In this document: positions 52,088 through 62,931 of the stretch, one piece after another
How positions within the stretch are numbered: the first letter of the stretch is position 1
Layout: each line of letters opens with the position of its first letter
Source: an uncultured Methanosarcinales archaeon
GTDB taxonomy: Archaea > Nanobdellota > Nanobdellia > Woesearchaeales > GW2011-AR9
DNA: 64,000 nt
Assembly (NCBI GenBank): GCA_964344235.1
Contig: CAYFMJ010000002.1
Coordinates: 127,601-191,600 of the forward strand
Direction of reading: 5' to 3'
Made by a program: the position numbers and the translations under genes
The notes under the pieces: generated by a model
Told to the model about the DNA's origin: nothing
The model's input: the letters and a program-made list of their open reading frames with translations, nothing else
The model's database searches: none

Positions 52088-52358
52088 GGGGCACACCCGC
52101 AGTCGAATCGATGAAGCCTGCCTGGTTGAATCCCTAAAGCTTCTCAGACTTGCGACCCTTTGAACATGGAGATTGAACATTAAGGCTGCTTCCGTCAGGA
52201 TCTGACCTGGTTCTGAGCAAGTCCATCCCAAAGGACAAGCCGTCGGCAAAGACATCAAGGACCAGTCAAACAACACTGACCCTTCATTGGGCTTCGGCTC
52301 CGTGTAAAGTCCGTTCACGGTAACAACGCAGGACTAGCGCGCCAGCCTAGCTCTCCCC
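52088..52358 (-). ncRNA. ffs: SRP (7S) RNA
   Basis: GGGG/CCCC terminal helix; Alu-like 5' domain; helix 8 AGGUC-AGA-UCC-UGAC-GGA-AGCA-GCCU; about 270 nt. Confidence 0.85.
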
Positions 52359-52433
52359 AAATACTTTCTTATTTAGGTAAAATAGAAGTGTATTTTAAAA
52401 TGTTTGGGTTTTTGTTAATAGACTTGCGATTTT

Positions 52434-52814
52434 TCATTTTTTTAAACATGTCTTGGGGAACTGCGGTTCGTATTGCCCACAAACTCCCGAGGAACATTGT
52501 GCGTTATGCTCACAAAGCTCGCCAATCTTTTTATGACTGCATGTGCTTAACTGTAATAGAGGATGATACTTACAATAAAGTGATGAGCATTCAGAGTCCA
52601 AAACACATTTTTCCCCTAACTTTTTCTTAGGCTCTTTCTTGAGGATATGGTGCCATGAATCAAGTGCAGAAGCATCACGCAACATGGATGCTTCCGGGAA
52701 CTCAAGTTCTTGTTCGACAAAGGTAAAAGTAGTTGGCTGTGCGAATGTGGTAATCACAAACAAAGAGAAGAGGAGAAATGTTACAGTGACTAATCTCTTT
52801 TTCGTATATTTCAT
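52434..52814 (-). CDS. Secreted cysteine-rich protein
   Basis: Signal peptide; two K.GE.C....C.S..C...TC repeats. Confidence 0.65.
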   Translation of the reverse strand: MKYTKKRLVTVTFLLFSLFVITTFAQPTTFTFVEQELEFPEASMLRDASALDSWHHILKKEPKKKLGEKCVLDSECSSLYCKYHPLLQLSTCSHKKIGELCEHNAQCSSGVCGQYEPQFPKTCLKK

Positions 52815-52984
52815 GACTTTTTGGTGTTGGTGTCATGTATATAAGATTTATTGTTGTAGAGTGAATATACTTTAAACAGAGAAACTTTTCTTGGTCATTA
52901 TCAAAATCTTCAAAAGTCAACCCTCTGCATAAAAATTCAACTTTCCCAAACTTTTTTAAAACCAATACTAAATTCTGGAACCTA

Positions 52985-55258
52985 ATGGTTGAATTGATTA
53001 TTACAGAGAAACCGAGTTCAGCAATAAAAGTAGCAAATGCATTAGCAGATAAAGCGCCGAAAAAGGTAGGGAGTCGGCAGTCGTCGTATTTTGAATTAAC
53101 ACATAATGGAAAGAAAATATTTGTTACATCCGCTGTTGGTCATTTATATGGTTTAGTAGAAGAGGAGAAGAATGGATGGAATTATCCTGTCTTCGGTATT
53201 AAATGGCAGGCCTCGTATAAAGGGAATAAAGATTTAGCGTATGTGAAACAGTATGTTGATACAATTACTAAACTTGCAAAGCAAGCTGATGAATTTACGA
53301 TTGCATGCGACTATGATGTAGAGGGAGAAGTTATTGGGTTTAATGCGATTCGATTTGCCTGTAAGCAAAAAGATGCAAACCGAATGAAGTTTTCTACATT
53401 AACAAAGGGAGATTTAGTGAAATCATATGAAAGTAAGATGCCACATCTAGACTGGGGGCAAGCGTATGCAGGAGAGACCAGACATAAATTAGATTGGTTT
53501 TATGGTATTAATTTGAGTAGGGCGTTAACTGCATCAGTAAAAGCAGCTGGGAGTTTCAAAGTAATGAGTGCGGGACGTGTTCAGGGGCCTGCGTTAAAAA
53601 TGCTAGTGGATAGGGAGAAAGAAATTCAAGCGTTTGTGCCGGAACCATTTTGGCAAATTTCGTTAGATGGCGTGTATGAAAAAAATAACGTCGAAGCGTG
53701 GCATGTTGATGATAAGATTTTTGATGAAAAACGAGTGGGAGAGATTTTGCAGAAAGTAGAGGGTCAGAAAGAAGGGAAGATTACTGAGATTAAGAGGACG
53801 AAACGGAATCAAGCGCCACCAACGCCATTTAATTTAACTGATTTACAATCAGAGTCGTATAAGTTGTTTAAGATCACTCCGAAAAATACACTGGCGATAG
53901 CACAGAAGTTATATTTAGCTGGTGTAACGTCATACCCCAGAACTTCTTCACAGAAATTAGACCCAAAATTAGGATTTGCAAAGATTATGAAAGATCTGGG
54001 TAAGCAACCACCGTATGAGGGTTTCTGTACAGAGTTATTGAAAACAGAACTGAAACCAAATAATGGAAAGAAAAATGATCCTGCACATCCAGCGATTTAT
54101 CCAACGGGACAAGTTCCGTCTGGATTACAGGGACAGGATGCTAAAGTCTATGATTTAATCGTTAAGAGATTTTTAGCAACGTTTGCAACTCCTGCTGTAC
54201 GGGAAACGATGACAGTTTCAATTGATGTGAATAGTGAAATCTTTGTTGCAAAAGGAACTCGGACTGTTGAGGAGAATTGGCATGTGTTCTATAAACCGTA
54301 TGTGAAATTGGAAGAGATTACACTGCCTGATATGAAAGAAAGCGGTGTTGTCACAATTGAAAAAATCGAGAAACATGATAAAGAAACTCAACCACCAAAG
54401 AGGTTTAACCAATCTTCAATTATTAAAGAGTTAGAAAAACGAAATTTAGGGACAAAAGCAACTCGGGCAGATATTCTTGATAGGTTATTTCAGAGAGGAT
54501 ATGTTGAAGGTGTCCAAATTCACGTAACGAAATTGGGAATGGAAACGATTGCTGTTTTAGAGAAGTTCGCACCAGAGATTTTAGATGAAGAATTAACACG
54601 GCAGTTTGAGGAAGATATGGAAAAAATCCGTGAAGGAAAAGGAAAACAGGAAGTAGTATTAGAGAAAGCGAAGAAAGTTCTGGTGAAGTTATTGGGGGAT
54701 TTCAAAAAGAAAGAGAAAGAAGTTGGTGCTGAAATTTTGAAGTCAGTGAGGGAATCGCAAGATATTGCGAACTTTATGGGAATGTGCCAAGTCTGTGGTG
54801 AAGGACGATTGATGGTGCGTCGTGGAAAGTTTGGTCGATTTATTGGCTGTGATAAGTATCCTGATTGTAAAACTATTGTGAACATTCCTAAGTCTGGGAA
54901 GTTGAAGTTTACTGGCAAATATGATGAGGAAACTAAATGGCCAATTGTTGAAATTGGAACCGGTAAGCGAATGCAGAAAGTAACGCTGGCTGTACGGAAG
55001 AAAGAGGAAACAACAGAGAAGAAGTATGATGAAGAAGGCATGACCTGTCCAACGTGCAACAAAGGACAGATGGTGTTACGAAAAGGGTTTTATGGTGAGT
55101 TTTTGGGTTGTAATAATTATCCAAAGTGCCAGACATTGATGAATATTAAAGATGGTAAGGTAAATGTTGATAATCCCGTGGTGAAAAAGCTAGGTGAGAA
55201 GAAGACTGTGAAGAAGAAAGTGACCAAAAAGAAGAGTGTGAAGAAAGAAAAGAAGTGA
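52985..55258 (+). CDS. topA: DNA topoisomerase I (type IA)
   Basis: ITEKPS, ACDYDVEGE, SAGRVQ, TSYPRT, two C-terminal Zn ribbons. Confidence 0.96.
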   Translation: MVELIITEKPSSAIKVANALADKAPKKVGSRQSSYFELTHNGKKIFVTSAVGHLYGLVEEEKNGWNYPVFGIKWQASYKGNKDLAYVKQYVDTITKLAKQADEFTIACDYDVEGEVIGFNAIRFACKQKDANRMKFSTLTKGDLVKSYESKMPHLDWGQAYAGETRHKLDWFYGINLSRALTASVKAAGSFKVMSAGRVQGPALKMLVDREKEIQAFVPEPFWQISLDGVYEKNNVEAWHVDDKIFDEKRVGEILQKVEGQKEGKITEIKRTKRNQAPPTPFNLTDLQSESYKLFKITPKNTLAIAQKLYLAGVTSYPRTSSQKLDPKLGFAKIMKDLGKQPPYEGFCTELLKTELKPNNGKKNDPAHPAIYPTGQVPSGLQGQDAKVYDLIVKRFLATFATPAVRETMTVSIDVNSEIFVAKGTRTVEENWHVFYKPYVKLEEITLPDMKESGVVTIEKIEKHDKETQPPKRFNQSSIIKELEKRNLGTKATRADILDRLFQRGYVEGVQIHVTKLGMETIAVLEKFAPEILDEELTRQFEEDMEKIREGKGKQEVVLEKAKKVLVKLLGDFKKKEKEVGAEILKSVRESQDIANFMGMCQVCGEGRLMVRRGKFGRFIGCDKYPDCKTIVNIPKSGKLKFTGKYDEETKWPIVEIGTGKRMQKVTLAVRKKEETTEKKYDEEGMTCPTCNKGQMVLRKGFYGEFLGCNNYPKCQTLMNIKDGKVNVDNPVVKKLGEKKTVKKKVTKKKSVKKEKK

Positions 55259-55337
55259 TTTTTTCTATAGTATCACCACAATGTTTATAAAGAATATTCT
55301 GACTAAATAGGTAAATATACGTACATAGGTGGTTTAC

Positions 55338-55763
55338 ATGACAATTGTTAAAATTAATTTACATAAAGTAAATGCAGAGCGAGATTTATCTGCGAAAGCA
55401 GGGCAAGTTAAGATTAATAATAATGTTTCTTTGAGAGAAGTTGAAGACATGGAATTCTCCGTTGAGGGAAAGAAAGGTCTTAAGTTTACATTTGCATTCA
55501 ACTGTAATTACGAACCGGGTTTAGGGAAAATTGAAGTTGAGGGACAAGTGCTCTTTGTGGATGAAGATAAGAAAGTTGATGAAATCAAAGCAAGCTGGGA
55601 GAAAGATAAGAAGGTCCCAGTTGAGATTATGGAACAAATTATCAACGCAGCTCTTCACAAAGGAAACATCCAAGCGATTAAAATCAGTGAGGATGTGAAC
55701 TTGCCAAGTCCATTGCCGCTTCCTAAAGTAAAGCCAGGAAGTGCAGCAGAAGGGAAGCAATAA
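55338..55763 (+). CDS. Conserved archaeal hypothetical protein
   Basis: GQVKINNN...FTFAFNCNYEP..GKIEVEG...LPSPLPLPKV pattern. Confidence 0.7.
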   Translation: MTIVKINLHKVNAERDLSAKAGQVKINNNVSLREVEDMEFSVEGKKGLKFTFAFNCNYEPGLGKIEVEGQVLFVDEDKKVDEIKASWEKDKKVPVEIMEQIINAALHKGNIQAIKISEDVNLPSPLPLPKVKPGSAAEGKQ

Positions 55764-55828
55764 TTTTCCTCTTTTCTTACCTTTTTTAATACATAATCTT
55801 TATATAAACGGAATTCTCAGGAGGCCTT

Positions 55829-58114
55829 ATGGAAAAGCCACATATTAAGCTGAAAGTTATGGAAGCTGTACAGGATGATGTCAATAAAGGCATTGTTAAA
55901 GTAGATTCTAATTTTATGCGTAAAATTGGTGTTAATCCCGGCGATGTGGTTGAAATTAACGGTGAAAGAGTCACGGCTGCTATTGTTGATAGAGCGTATC
56001 CAGGAGATATTGGTTTGAACATTATTCGGATGGATGGGAATATCCGGAGAAATGCTCGTACTTCTATTGGGGAAATGGTTTCTGTGTCGAAAGCCGTAGT
56101 GAAGCCAGCGAAAAAGATATCTATTGCACCAGCACATAAAGGGGTTTTGATTAAAACGTCCCCACAATTATTCAAACAGGGTTTATTGGGGAAAGCACTG
56201 ACAAAAGGAGATTTAGTATCACTTGGAAGAGCTCGTAGGAAACCAGCGCAGGGGAGAGAGTTAAGTAACATTTTTTCAATGATGGAATCACAGTTTGCAT
56301 CGTTTGGTTTTGGTGATATTCGGTTTATGGTAGTGGATGTCCAACCCCGTAAGGAAATTCTTGTGGTGACAAACGAAACAGAGATTGAATTTAATCCGAA
56401 AGCAGTTGAGTTAACGGAAGATGAGGGAATTAGCTTAGGAATTAACTATGAAGATATTGGTGGTTTAGGTGATGAGATTACTAAAGTCAGAGAGATGGTA
56501 GAATTACCATTAAAACATCCGGAAGTGTTTGAACGATTAGGTATAGAACCGCCGAAGGGAGTTTTATTACATGGTCCGCCAGGAACAGGAAAAACATTAT
56601 TAGCGAAAGCAGTTGCATCAGAGACTAATTCACATTTCATTTTAATTAACGGTCCTGAAGTTATCTCAAAGTTTTATGGAGAATCAGAAGCGAATTTACG
56701 GAAGAAGTTTGAGGAAGCGGAAGAAAATGCACCGTCAATTATTTTCTTTGATGAAATTGATGCTATTGCAACAAAGCGGGAAGAAACGAAAGGAGATGTT
56801 GAGAAACGTGTCGTTGCACAGATGTTAGGATTAATGGATGGTTTAAAGAGTCGAGGAAAAGTCATTGTTATTGCTGCAACGAATATTCCAAACCAATTAG
56901 ATCCAGCATTACGAAGACCTGGAAGATTTGATAGAGAGATAGAGATTGGTGTGCCCGATAAAGAAGGGCGGTTAGAAATTTTGAAAATTCATACTCGGAA
57001 CATGCCGCTGGCGAAGAACGTTAGTTTAAAGGAGATTGCGAAAGTAACTCACGGTTTTGTGGGAGCTGACTTGTCTAGCTTAGCAAAGGAAGCAGCGATG
57101 ATTGTGTTACGTAGAATTTTACCAGAGTTAAAAGTTGAGGGTATTGAGGAAGGGGAACCAATCCCCGAAGAGATTTTGAAGAAGTTACAGGTTACACAGA
57201 AAGATTTTGTGGAAGCATTGAAAGTTGTCCGTCCATCGGCTATGAGAGAAGTTTTAGTGGAGACCCCCGATGTTGGCTGGAAAGATATTGGTGGTTTACA
57301 AGAAGTGAAAGGCAAGTTACAAGAGGCAGTAGAATGGCCGCTAAAGAAACCAGAAGTGTTTCCTAAAATGGGTATTCGGCCACCACGAGGAATTTTATTA
57401 TATGGTCCTCCTGGAACAGGAAAGACATTATTAGCGAAAGCCGTTGCGAAAGAATCAGAAGCGAATTTTATTTTGATTAATGGTCCATCATTGTTGAGTA
57501 AGTGGGTTGGTGAATCAGAGAAAGCTGTGCGAGAAATCTTTCGAAAAGCTCGACAAACAGCACCAACAATTTTATTCTTTGACGAGATTGATGCGTTAGT
57601 GCCAAGAAGAAGTTCTAATAGTGATTCAAAAGTTAACGAACGAATTGTCAACCAGATGTTAACAGAGATGGATGGACTAGAAAGTTTGAATGATGTTGTA
57701 GTAATTGCAGCAACGAACAGGCCAGATATTGTCGATCCAGCATTGTTGCGACAGGGGAGATTTGACAGAGTTATTTTGGTGTCTGTCCCCGATGAAGAAG
57801 CACGAAAGAAGATCTTTGAAATTTATGTGGCAAAAATGCCACTTGCTGAAGATGTTGACATTAAGAAGTTAGCGAAAGAAACGCAGGGTTACGTTGGTTC
57901 TGATATTGAGGGTGTATGTCGAGAAGCAGCGATGATTGCGTTACGTGATGATTTGAAAACTGAGAAGATATCAATGGAACATTTTAAGCAGGCGTTAAAT
58001 GTTGTGCGGGCGTCTGTTGACAAGCAGGTTGAGGAAGCATACCAAAAGTTAGAAAATTATTTTAGTAAAGCACGTGCCGAAGAGATTACCGAGAAAGCAG
58101 CGTATTTTGGGTAA
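55829..58114 (+). CDS. cdc48: Cdc48/VCP AAA+ ATPase
   Basis: N-domain and two AAA modules (GPPGTGKT x2, DEIDA x2, [16 protein letters not shown]). Confidence 0.97.
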   Translation: MEKPHIKLKVMEAVQDDVNKGIVKVDSNFMRKIGVNPGDVVEINGERVTAAIVDRAYPGDIGLNIIRMDGNIRRNARTSIGEMVSVSKAVVKPAKKISIAPAHKGVLIKTSPQLFKQGLLGKALTKGDLVSLGRARRKPAQGRELSNIFSMMESQFASFGFGDIRFMVVDVQPRKEILVVTNETEIEFNPKAVELTEDEGISLGINYEDIGGLGDEITKVREMVELPLKHPEVFERLGIEPPKGVLLHGPPGTGKTLLAKAVASETNSHFILINGPEVISKFYGESEANLRKKFEEAEENAPSIIFFDEIDAIATKREETKGDVEKRVVAQMLGLMDGLKSRGKVIVIAATNIPNQLDPALRRPGRFDREIEIGVPDKEGRLEILKIHTRNMPLAKNVSLKEIAKVTHGFVGADLSSLAKEAAMIVLRRILPELKVEGIEEGEPIPEEILKKLQVTQKDFVEALKVVRPSAMREVLVETPDVGWKDIGGLQEVKGKLQEAVEWPLKKPEVFPKMGIRPPRGILLYGPPGTGKTLLAKAVAKESEANFILINGPSLLSKWVGESEKAVREIFRKARQTAPTILFFDEIDALVPRRSSNSDSKVNERIVNQMLTEMDGLESLNDVVVIAATNRPDIVDPALLRQGRFDRVILVSVPDEEARKKIFEIYVAKMPLAEDVDIKKLAKETQGYVGSDIEGVCREAAMIALRDDLKTEKISMEHFKQALNVVRASVDKQVEEAYQKLENYFSKARAEEITEKAAYFG

Positions 58115-58117
58115 GAA

Positions 58118-58632
58118 ATGAATGTAAATAAATTAACTAAAGGCGGCTGGGTATTTGTCGCAGTTGGATTGCTGTTTATTCTTGTTGGCGGGACTATGAC
58201 TTTTGTCATGCATTCTAACCTGCAAAAAGCAATAGAAACGGTGGTTCTAAAAATACGTATGAGCCAGTTGTAGAATACATCTACTTTGTTGATGGGAGGA
58301 AATATATCTCAAATAGAATAAGAGTTACTAGTGTTACTTACCCCACAACAACAAGTGCCTATGATGTACTTTTAAAATATCCTATTGGTTCAACGGTCAC
58401 TGCATATTACGATCCACAAAACCCGGGTGAGGCATATTTGACTAAAGGGGCAGACCAACTAGATCGAACTGGAACCTTGTTCACTGGAGCTTTTGTGCTT
58501 ATTGGTTTATTATTGGTAATTTTTAGTAAAAAACTGGGACAGAGAGCTACTGTTCAAAGTGATTATGATGAAGAGCAAGCGAAGATGCTTCTTGAGAAGT
58601 ACGGAAAATATTTTAAGAAAATAAAAAAATAA
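58118..58632 (+). pseudogene. Frameshifted DUF3592-like membrane protein
   Basis: Frame 1: MNVNKLTKGGWVFVAVGLLFILVGG...stop. A -1 frame from about 58228 gives YEPVVEYIYFVDGRKY...YPIGSTVTAYYDPQNPGEAYL plus a TM helix. Confidence 0.7.
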
Positions 58633-58634
58633 AA

Positions 58635-59219
58635 TTATGCGCAGGTTGTATACGCAGTGTCTTCTGTTAATTGTGTCGTTGTACAGCTATTTGCTGCACA
58701 GAAGTCATGACAGTCTAAGTCTCCGCAGTCAATGTCTTGCACGCAAACAACATTACCAAAGTCATCTAGGTTACAGTCAATACTCCCATCGTTGTTGAGG
58801 TTATCACTACAACTAACTTCTTTTGCTGATTCACAAACGGTTATCTGGCCAGTTCCGCCAATTTTCCCATCACAATCCATGTCCGCACAGTCGGTTTTCC
58901 CATCATTATCGTTGTCGTACCCATCTGTACAACTGATTTCAAAATTGAATTTGTATTCTGCTTGGTATTTCTTCAGCAATGAGAACACTTTCTTTCTGTC
59001 TAAACTATATTTTCCAACTTGTATCCGTTGAGGATCCCATCGTCCTGCTTCTCCAACGATTGCTTTCTGCTCGTCTTTATCCATCTCTTGTTGTATTGCA
59101 CCAAGTTCTTCATTAGAAAGTTCTGCCAACTCTGCTTTTACTTCCTCATCTGTTGGTTCTACACTGGAACATCCTACAAGAAACAACGCTACAATGATGA
59201 TTAATAGTGGTTTAATCAT
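58635..59219 (-). CDS. Lipoprotein with Cys/Asp Ca-binding-like repeats
   Basis: FLVGC lipobox; CTDGYDNDNDGKTDCADMDC and CSDNLNNDG..DCGDLDC; start moved to ATG 59219. Confidence 0.7.
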   Translation of the reverse strand: MIKPLLIIIVALFLVGCSSVEPTDEEVKAELAELSNEELGAIQQEMDKDEQKAIVGEAGRWDPQRIQVGKYSLDRKKVFSLLKKYQAEYKFNFEISCTDGYDNDNDGKTDCADMDCDGKIGGTGQITVCESAKEVSCSDNLNNDGSIDCNLDDFGNVVCVQDIDCGDLDCHDFCAANSCTTTQLTEDTAYTTCA

Positions 59220-59280
59220 GATATACACCTCTTTGATTGATTGTCTAGGGAAGTGTTTTGTGTTTATATAGTTAGTGGTT

Positions 59281-60276
59281 CTAGAAGAGTATAACATTTA
59301 ATGCAAGAAGTGCTAAATAGAACAGTAAGAGTAGTATACCCTCATACCGTGTAATGGATTCTTCACGGTAATAGTAGCCTTTGAAAACTAATGCAACAAA
59401 GAGGAGTGACATAACCATCATCCATGTAATATCAAAGTAAAATACTTTGTCAGTGATAATAACCGGAGCGAGCGTAATTAATATTCCGAACGTTACAAGC
59501 AGTGTGAAAATATTAGAACCAAGTGATTCGGTGATTGCCACATCTTTGTACCCTTTTATTGTTCCTTGCACTGCTGCGGCAATATTTGGTAGCCCTGTTC
59601 CAATCGCCCCAAAGACAATCCCTACGAAGAGGGCTGGTAGTGCGGTCTGTGCCTGTAACCGTACTAAAGAGAACGCAAAAAGATACGAACCTCCCGCGAG
59701 AACGAGAGCACTTATGAAGAATGTTAAGGCTGATGGTTTGAGTTTAAACAACGACCAGTGACCAATGAATTTTAGACTTTGTTCTACGCTTTTTACCTGT
59801 TTTTTCCTACTTTTAATTGGCCGCCACTTTTCAAATGACCAAACGTTCAGTGCGTACGGGATGAAAAGCAGTAACAGAACAATACCCTCAGCTCGCTGGA
59901 ACTGCAAGTCGGAACCAAAGAGCATTATGATAAACGTCATGATGATTAAGAAAATACCGTCCCGTACGATAACTGGTTTTTCAACGTGAAGCGGTTTGAT
60001 AGTAGCAGAGAGACCGACAACTAAACCAATGTTTGTCATCACGGAACCAAGAATGACACCTACTCCAATACCGGTTTGCCCAAGTAGATAAGAGTAGATT
60101 GTGGAAAATATTTCTGGTAAACTTAGAAAGAAAGATACGAGGATTGTAGTAATAGCAATATAACTTGTTCCAAATTTTTCGGCAACTGGAATTAAAGAGT
60201 CAGTAAGCCAGTCAGAGCTGCGCCAAATAATAGCAATGGAAAGGAGCAATAATCCAATTGTAATGAGTAGCGTCAT
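59281..60276 (-). CDS. Na+/Ca2+ exchanger (CaCA, YrbG-like)
   Basis: Alpha repeats SLPEIF...GVILGSVMTN and GTGLPN...LGSNIF; about 10 TM. Confidence 0.88.
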   Translation of the reverse strand: MTLLITIGLLLLSIAIIWRSSDWLTDSLIPVAEKFGTSYIAITTILVSFFLSLPEIFSTIYSYLLGQTGIGVGVILGSVMTNIGLVVGLSATIKPLHVEKPVIVRDGIFLIIMTFIIMLFGSDLQFQRAEGIVLLLLFIPYALNVWSFEKWRPIKSRKKQVKSVEQSLKFIGHWSLFKLKPSALTFFISALVLAGGSYLFAFSLVRLQAQTALPALFVGIVFGAIGTGLPNIAAAVQGTIKGYKDVAITESLGSNIFTLLVTFGILITLAPVIITDKVFYFDITWMMVMSLLFVALVFKGYYYREESITRYEGILLLLFYLALLALNVILF

Positions 60277-62840
60277 GTGGGCACCTTCTTGTATAGTGAG
60301 TCAATTATTTTTGTGATGATTATTAATATTCCTGCTGCAAGAAGAATCCAGATCCAGTCAATGAGTTCTAATGCAACTGTCCCAAAAAACGTTCGTAGTG
60401 GTGTATAAAGGACAAGGAATTGTAATAACAGTGAAATGGCAACTGCGCCAACGAGGTATTTGTTGGAGAATGCGCCTAATTTGTACTCTTTACGGATAAG
60501 ATATAGTCGAACGATTTCAAACACTACTAGTGATGTAAACGCAATAGTCTGTGCTTTTGCGAGAGAGGAGTGTCGGTATAGCCAGAAGAGGACGAGAATA
60601 ATTACTGCCATGGTGGTTCCGAGTAAGAATATGTTTCGCCGAACATTGCCTGAAATGATGCCCTCTTTCGTGTTGCGTGGTGGTCGTTTCATGATATCTT
60701 TCTGATGTGGATCAACTCCCAAAGCAACTGCAGGTAGGCCGTCTGTGACAAGATTAACCCATAAAATTTGGATTGCAGTTAATGGAATTCCTAATCCAAA
60801 GAATGGGGCGAGAATGGTCATTCCCAAGAAGATCACAAGTATCTCCGCTAAGTTACTCGAGAGAAGGTAATTGACGAATTTACGAATATTATCAAAGATA
60901 CCACGGCCTTCTTCCACTGCGTTTACGATAGAGGTAAAGTTATCATCGGTAAGAATCATATCAGATGCTTCTTTTGCAACGTCTGTTCCGGTAATGCCCA
61001 TGGCGATGCCAATATCTGATTTCTTTAATGCTGGCGCGTCGTTAACACCGTCTCCCGTCATTGCGACGACATGTTTGAGTTCTTTTAATGTATTAACAAT
61101 TTTTAATTTATGTTCTGGATTGACACGAGCGAAGATACTAGTTGTTTTGATTTTCGTTTTGAGGTTTTTGATGTTTTCTAATTCTTGCCCGGTCATTGCT
61201 TCGCCTGTGATACCAAGCTCTTTCGCTATAGCTTGTGCCGTTGCAATTTGATCGCCCGTAATCATAATAACTCTAATGCCTGCTTCCTGACACCGTTTGA
61301 TAGCAGCTTTCACTTCAGTTCGAGGGGGATCGATCATTGCTTGTAATCCCACAAAGACCATGTCTTGCTCTGCTGTTTTTGCTGTTTTGTTCTCGTTATA
61401 CGCAAACCCTAACACTCGGAGTGCTTGTGATGCGAATTGTTCATTTTGTTGTAGGATGTTTTGCTTTTGTGTTCTGTTAAGACGCTGTACTTTTCCATTA
61501 ATGAGAATTCTATTACATTGGTTAATGATAATGTCCGGAGCTCCTTTTGTGTAGGAAACTTTGTTGTGGAACGTAGTCATCATTTTACGTTCTGAGGAGA
61601 ACGGAATTTCGTTAGTTCGTTTTGGTGTTTCTGTTATCCCTGCTTTTTGAGCGGCTATAATTAATGCGGCTTCTGTCGGATCGCCGGTGACTTGTTTCTT
61701 TTGGAAAGATGCATCGTTACAGTTGAGGCCGATAGTTAGAAGCGTTGTTAGTACTTTTGGATCTTCGGAGAATGTTCCTTTTGTTTCATAGCCGGAACCG
61801 GTTACGGTGTAGACCTTGTTGTTTGCCCAGATTTTCGTCACGGTCATTTCGTTGTGAGTGAGAGTTCCCGTTTTATCTGTACAGATAACGTTAACGCTGC
61901 CAAGTGTTTCAACAGAGGGAAGCTTTCGTACTAAGGCGTTTTTCTTCACCATTCTTTGCACACCAATCGCTAATGAAATTGTGATAACTGTTGGTAACCC
62001 TTCAGGGATAGCCGCAACTGCTAATGCAATTGCTGCGAGAAACATTGTGGTGGCTGGTTGTCCTGTGAGAAGGCCGGCAATGAAGACAATAATTGCGACA
62101 ACAACGACTGCGATCGTTAACTTCTTCCCTAACACTCGCAATTTTTTTTGTAACGGAGTTAGTTTTTCATGTGCTGCTTCAATTAATGAGGCGACTTTTC
62201 CTACCTCTGTAGACATGCCCGTTTCCGTTACAACCGCTTTTGCACGGCCGTTAGAGATTGTTGTGGTGGCGTAGACCATATTGACTCTGTCGGCGAGTGC
62301 TGTTTTTTTGGTGAGGGGAGTGGTTATTTTGTTTACGGGTAGGGATTCTCCTGTTAATGGGCCCTCTTGTGTTTGTAGATCATGTACTTCGATTAACCGA
62401 GCATCGGCAGGAACCTTGTCACCAGTTTGTAAAATGAGGATGTCTCCGGGGACGACAAGTTTGCTGTCAATTTTTATCTCCCAGTTGTTTCTGATAACTG
62501 TGGCTTTCGAGGAAGCCATTTTTTGCAGGGCTTCAATTGCTTTTTCTGCTTTGTACTCTTGTACGAAACCTAGAGTTGCATTGAGGACGATGATAATGCC
62601 AATAACAGTAGCGTCAATATAGGAGTGTTCTATAACTGAGAAAATAAGTGCAGCAATTAGAATCCATACTAACGGGCTGGTGAATTGTTGGAGAAAGATT
62701 GTAAATGGTTTGATGTGGGTGCTTTTTTTGAGTTCATTATAGCCGTGTTTGTGGAGGCGTTGTTCTGCTTCGTGGGAAGAGAGGCCTTTAGTAGTGGTTT
62801 TAAGGAGTTTTAGAACTTCGTTGGCCTCTTTTTGGTACAT
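60273..62840 (-). CDS. P-type IIA (Ca2+-type) ATPase
   Basis: TGES, IPEGLP, DKTGTLT, KGAP, MITGD, GDGVND, LWVNLVTDGLPA; start moved to ATG 62840 (MYQKE). Confidence 0.94.
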   Translation of the reverse strand: MYQKEANEVLKLLKTTTKGLSSHEAEQRLHKHGYNELKKSTHIKPFTIFLQQFTSPLVWILIAALIFSVIEHSYIDATVIGIIIVLNATLGFVQEYKAEKAIEALQKMASSKATVIRNNWEIKIDSKLVVPGDILILQTGDKVPADARLIEVHDLQTQEGPLTGESLPVNKITTPLTKKTALADRVNMVYATTTISNGRAKAVVTETGMSTEVGKVASLIEAAHEKLTPLQKKLRVLGKKLTIAVVVVAIIVFIAGLLTGQPATTMFLAAIALAVAAIPEGLPTVITISLAIGVQRMVKKNALVRKLPSVETLGSVNVICTDKTGTLTHNEMTVTKIWANNKVYTVTGSGYETKGTFSEDPKVLTTLLTIGLNCNDASFQKKQVTGDPTEAALIIAAQKAGITETPKRTNEIPFSSERKMMTTFHNKVSYTKGAPDIIINQCNRILINGKVQRLNRTQKQNILQQNEQFASQALRVLGFAYNENKTAKTAEQDMVFVGLQAMIDPPRTEVKAAIKRCQEAGIRVIMITGDQIATAQAIAKELGITGEAMTGQELENIKNLKTKIKTTSIFARVNPEHKLKIVNTLKELKHVVAMTGDGVNDAPALKKSDIGIAMGITGTDVAKEASDMILTDDNFTSIVNAVEEGRGIFDNIRKFVNYLLSSNLAEILVIFLGMTILAPFFGLGIPLTAIQILWVNLVTDGLPAVALGVDPHQKDIMKRPPRNTKEGIISGNVRRNIFLLGTTMAVIILVLFWLYRHSSLAKAQTIAFTSLVVFEIVRLYLIRKEYKLGAFSNKYLVGAVAISLLLQFLVLYTPLRTFFGTVALELIDWIWILLAAGILIIITKIIDSLYKKVPT

Positions 62841-62931
62841 GATTTTGTGAGGGCGTGTCGGTATAAAAATGTTTGGATTGTGAGGCGATATCGGCACTAA
62901 GTTTAAATATTGCAGTGGGTTTTGATTTGGT

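Noticed and set aside
52085-52318. 77-aa minus-strand ORF
   Set aside because: It lies within the SRP RNA gene.
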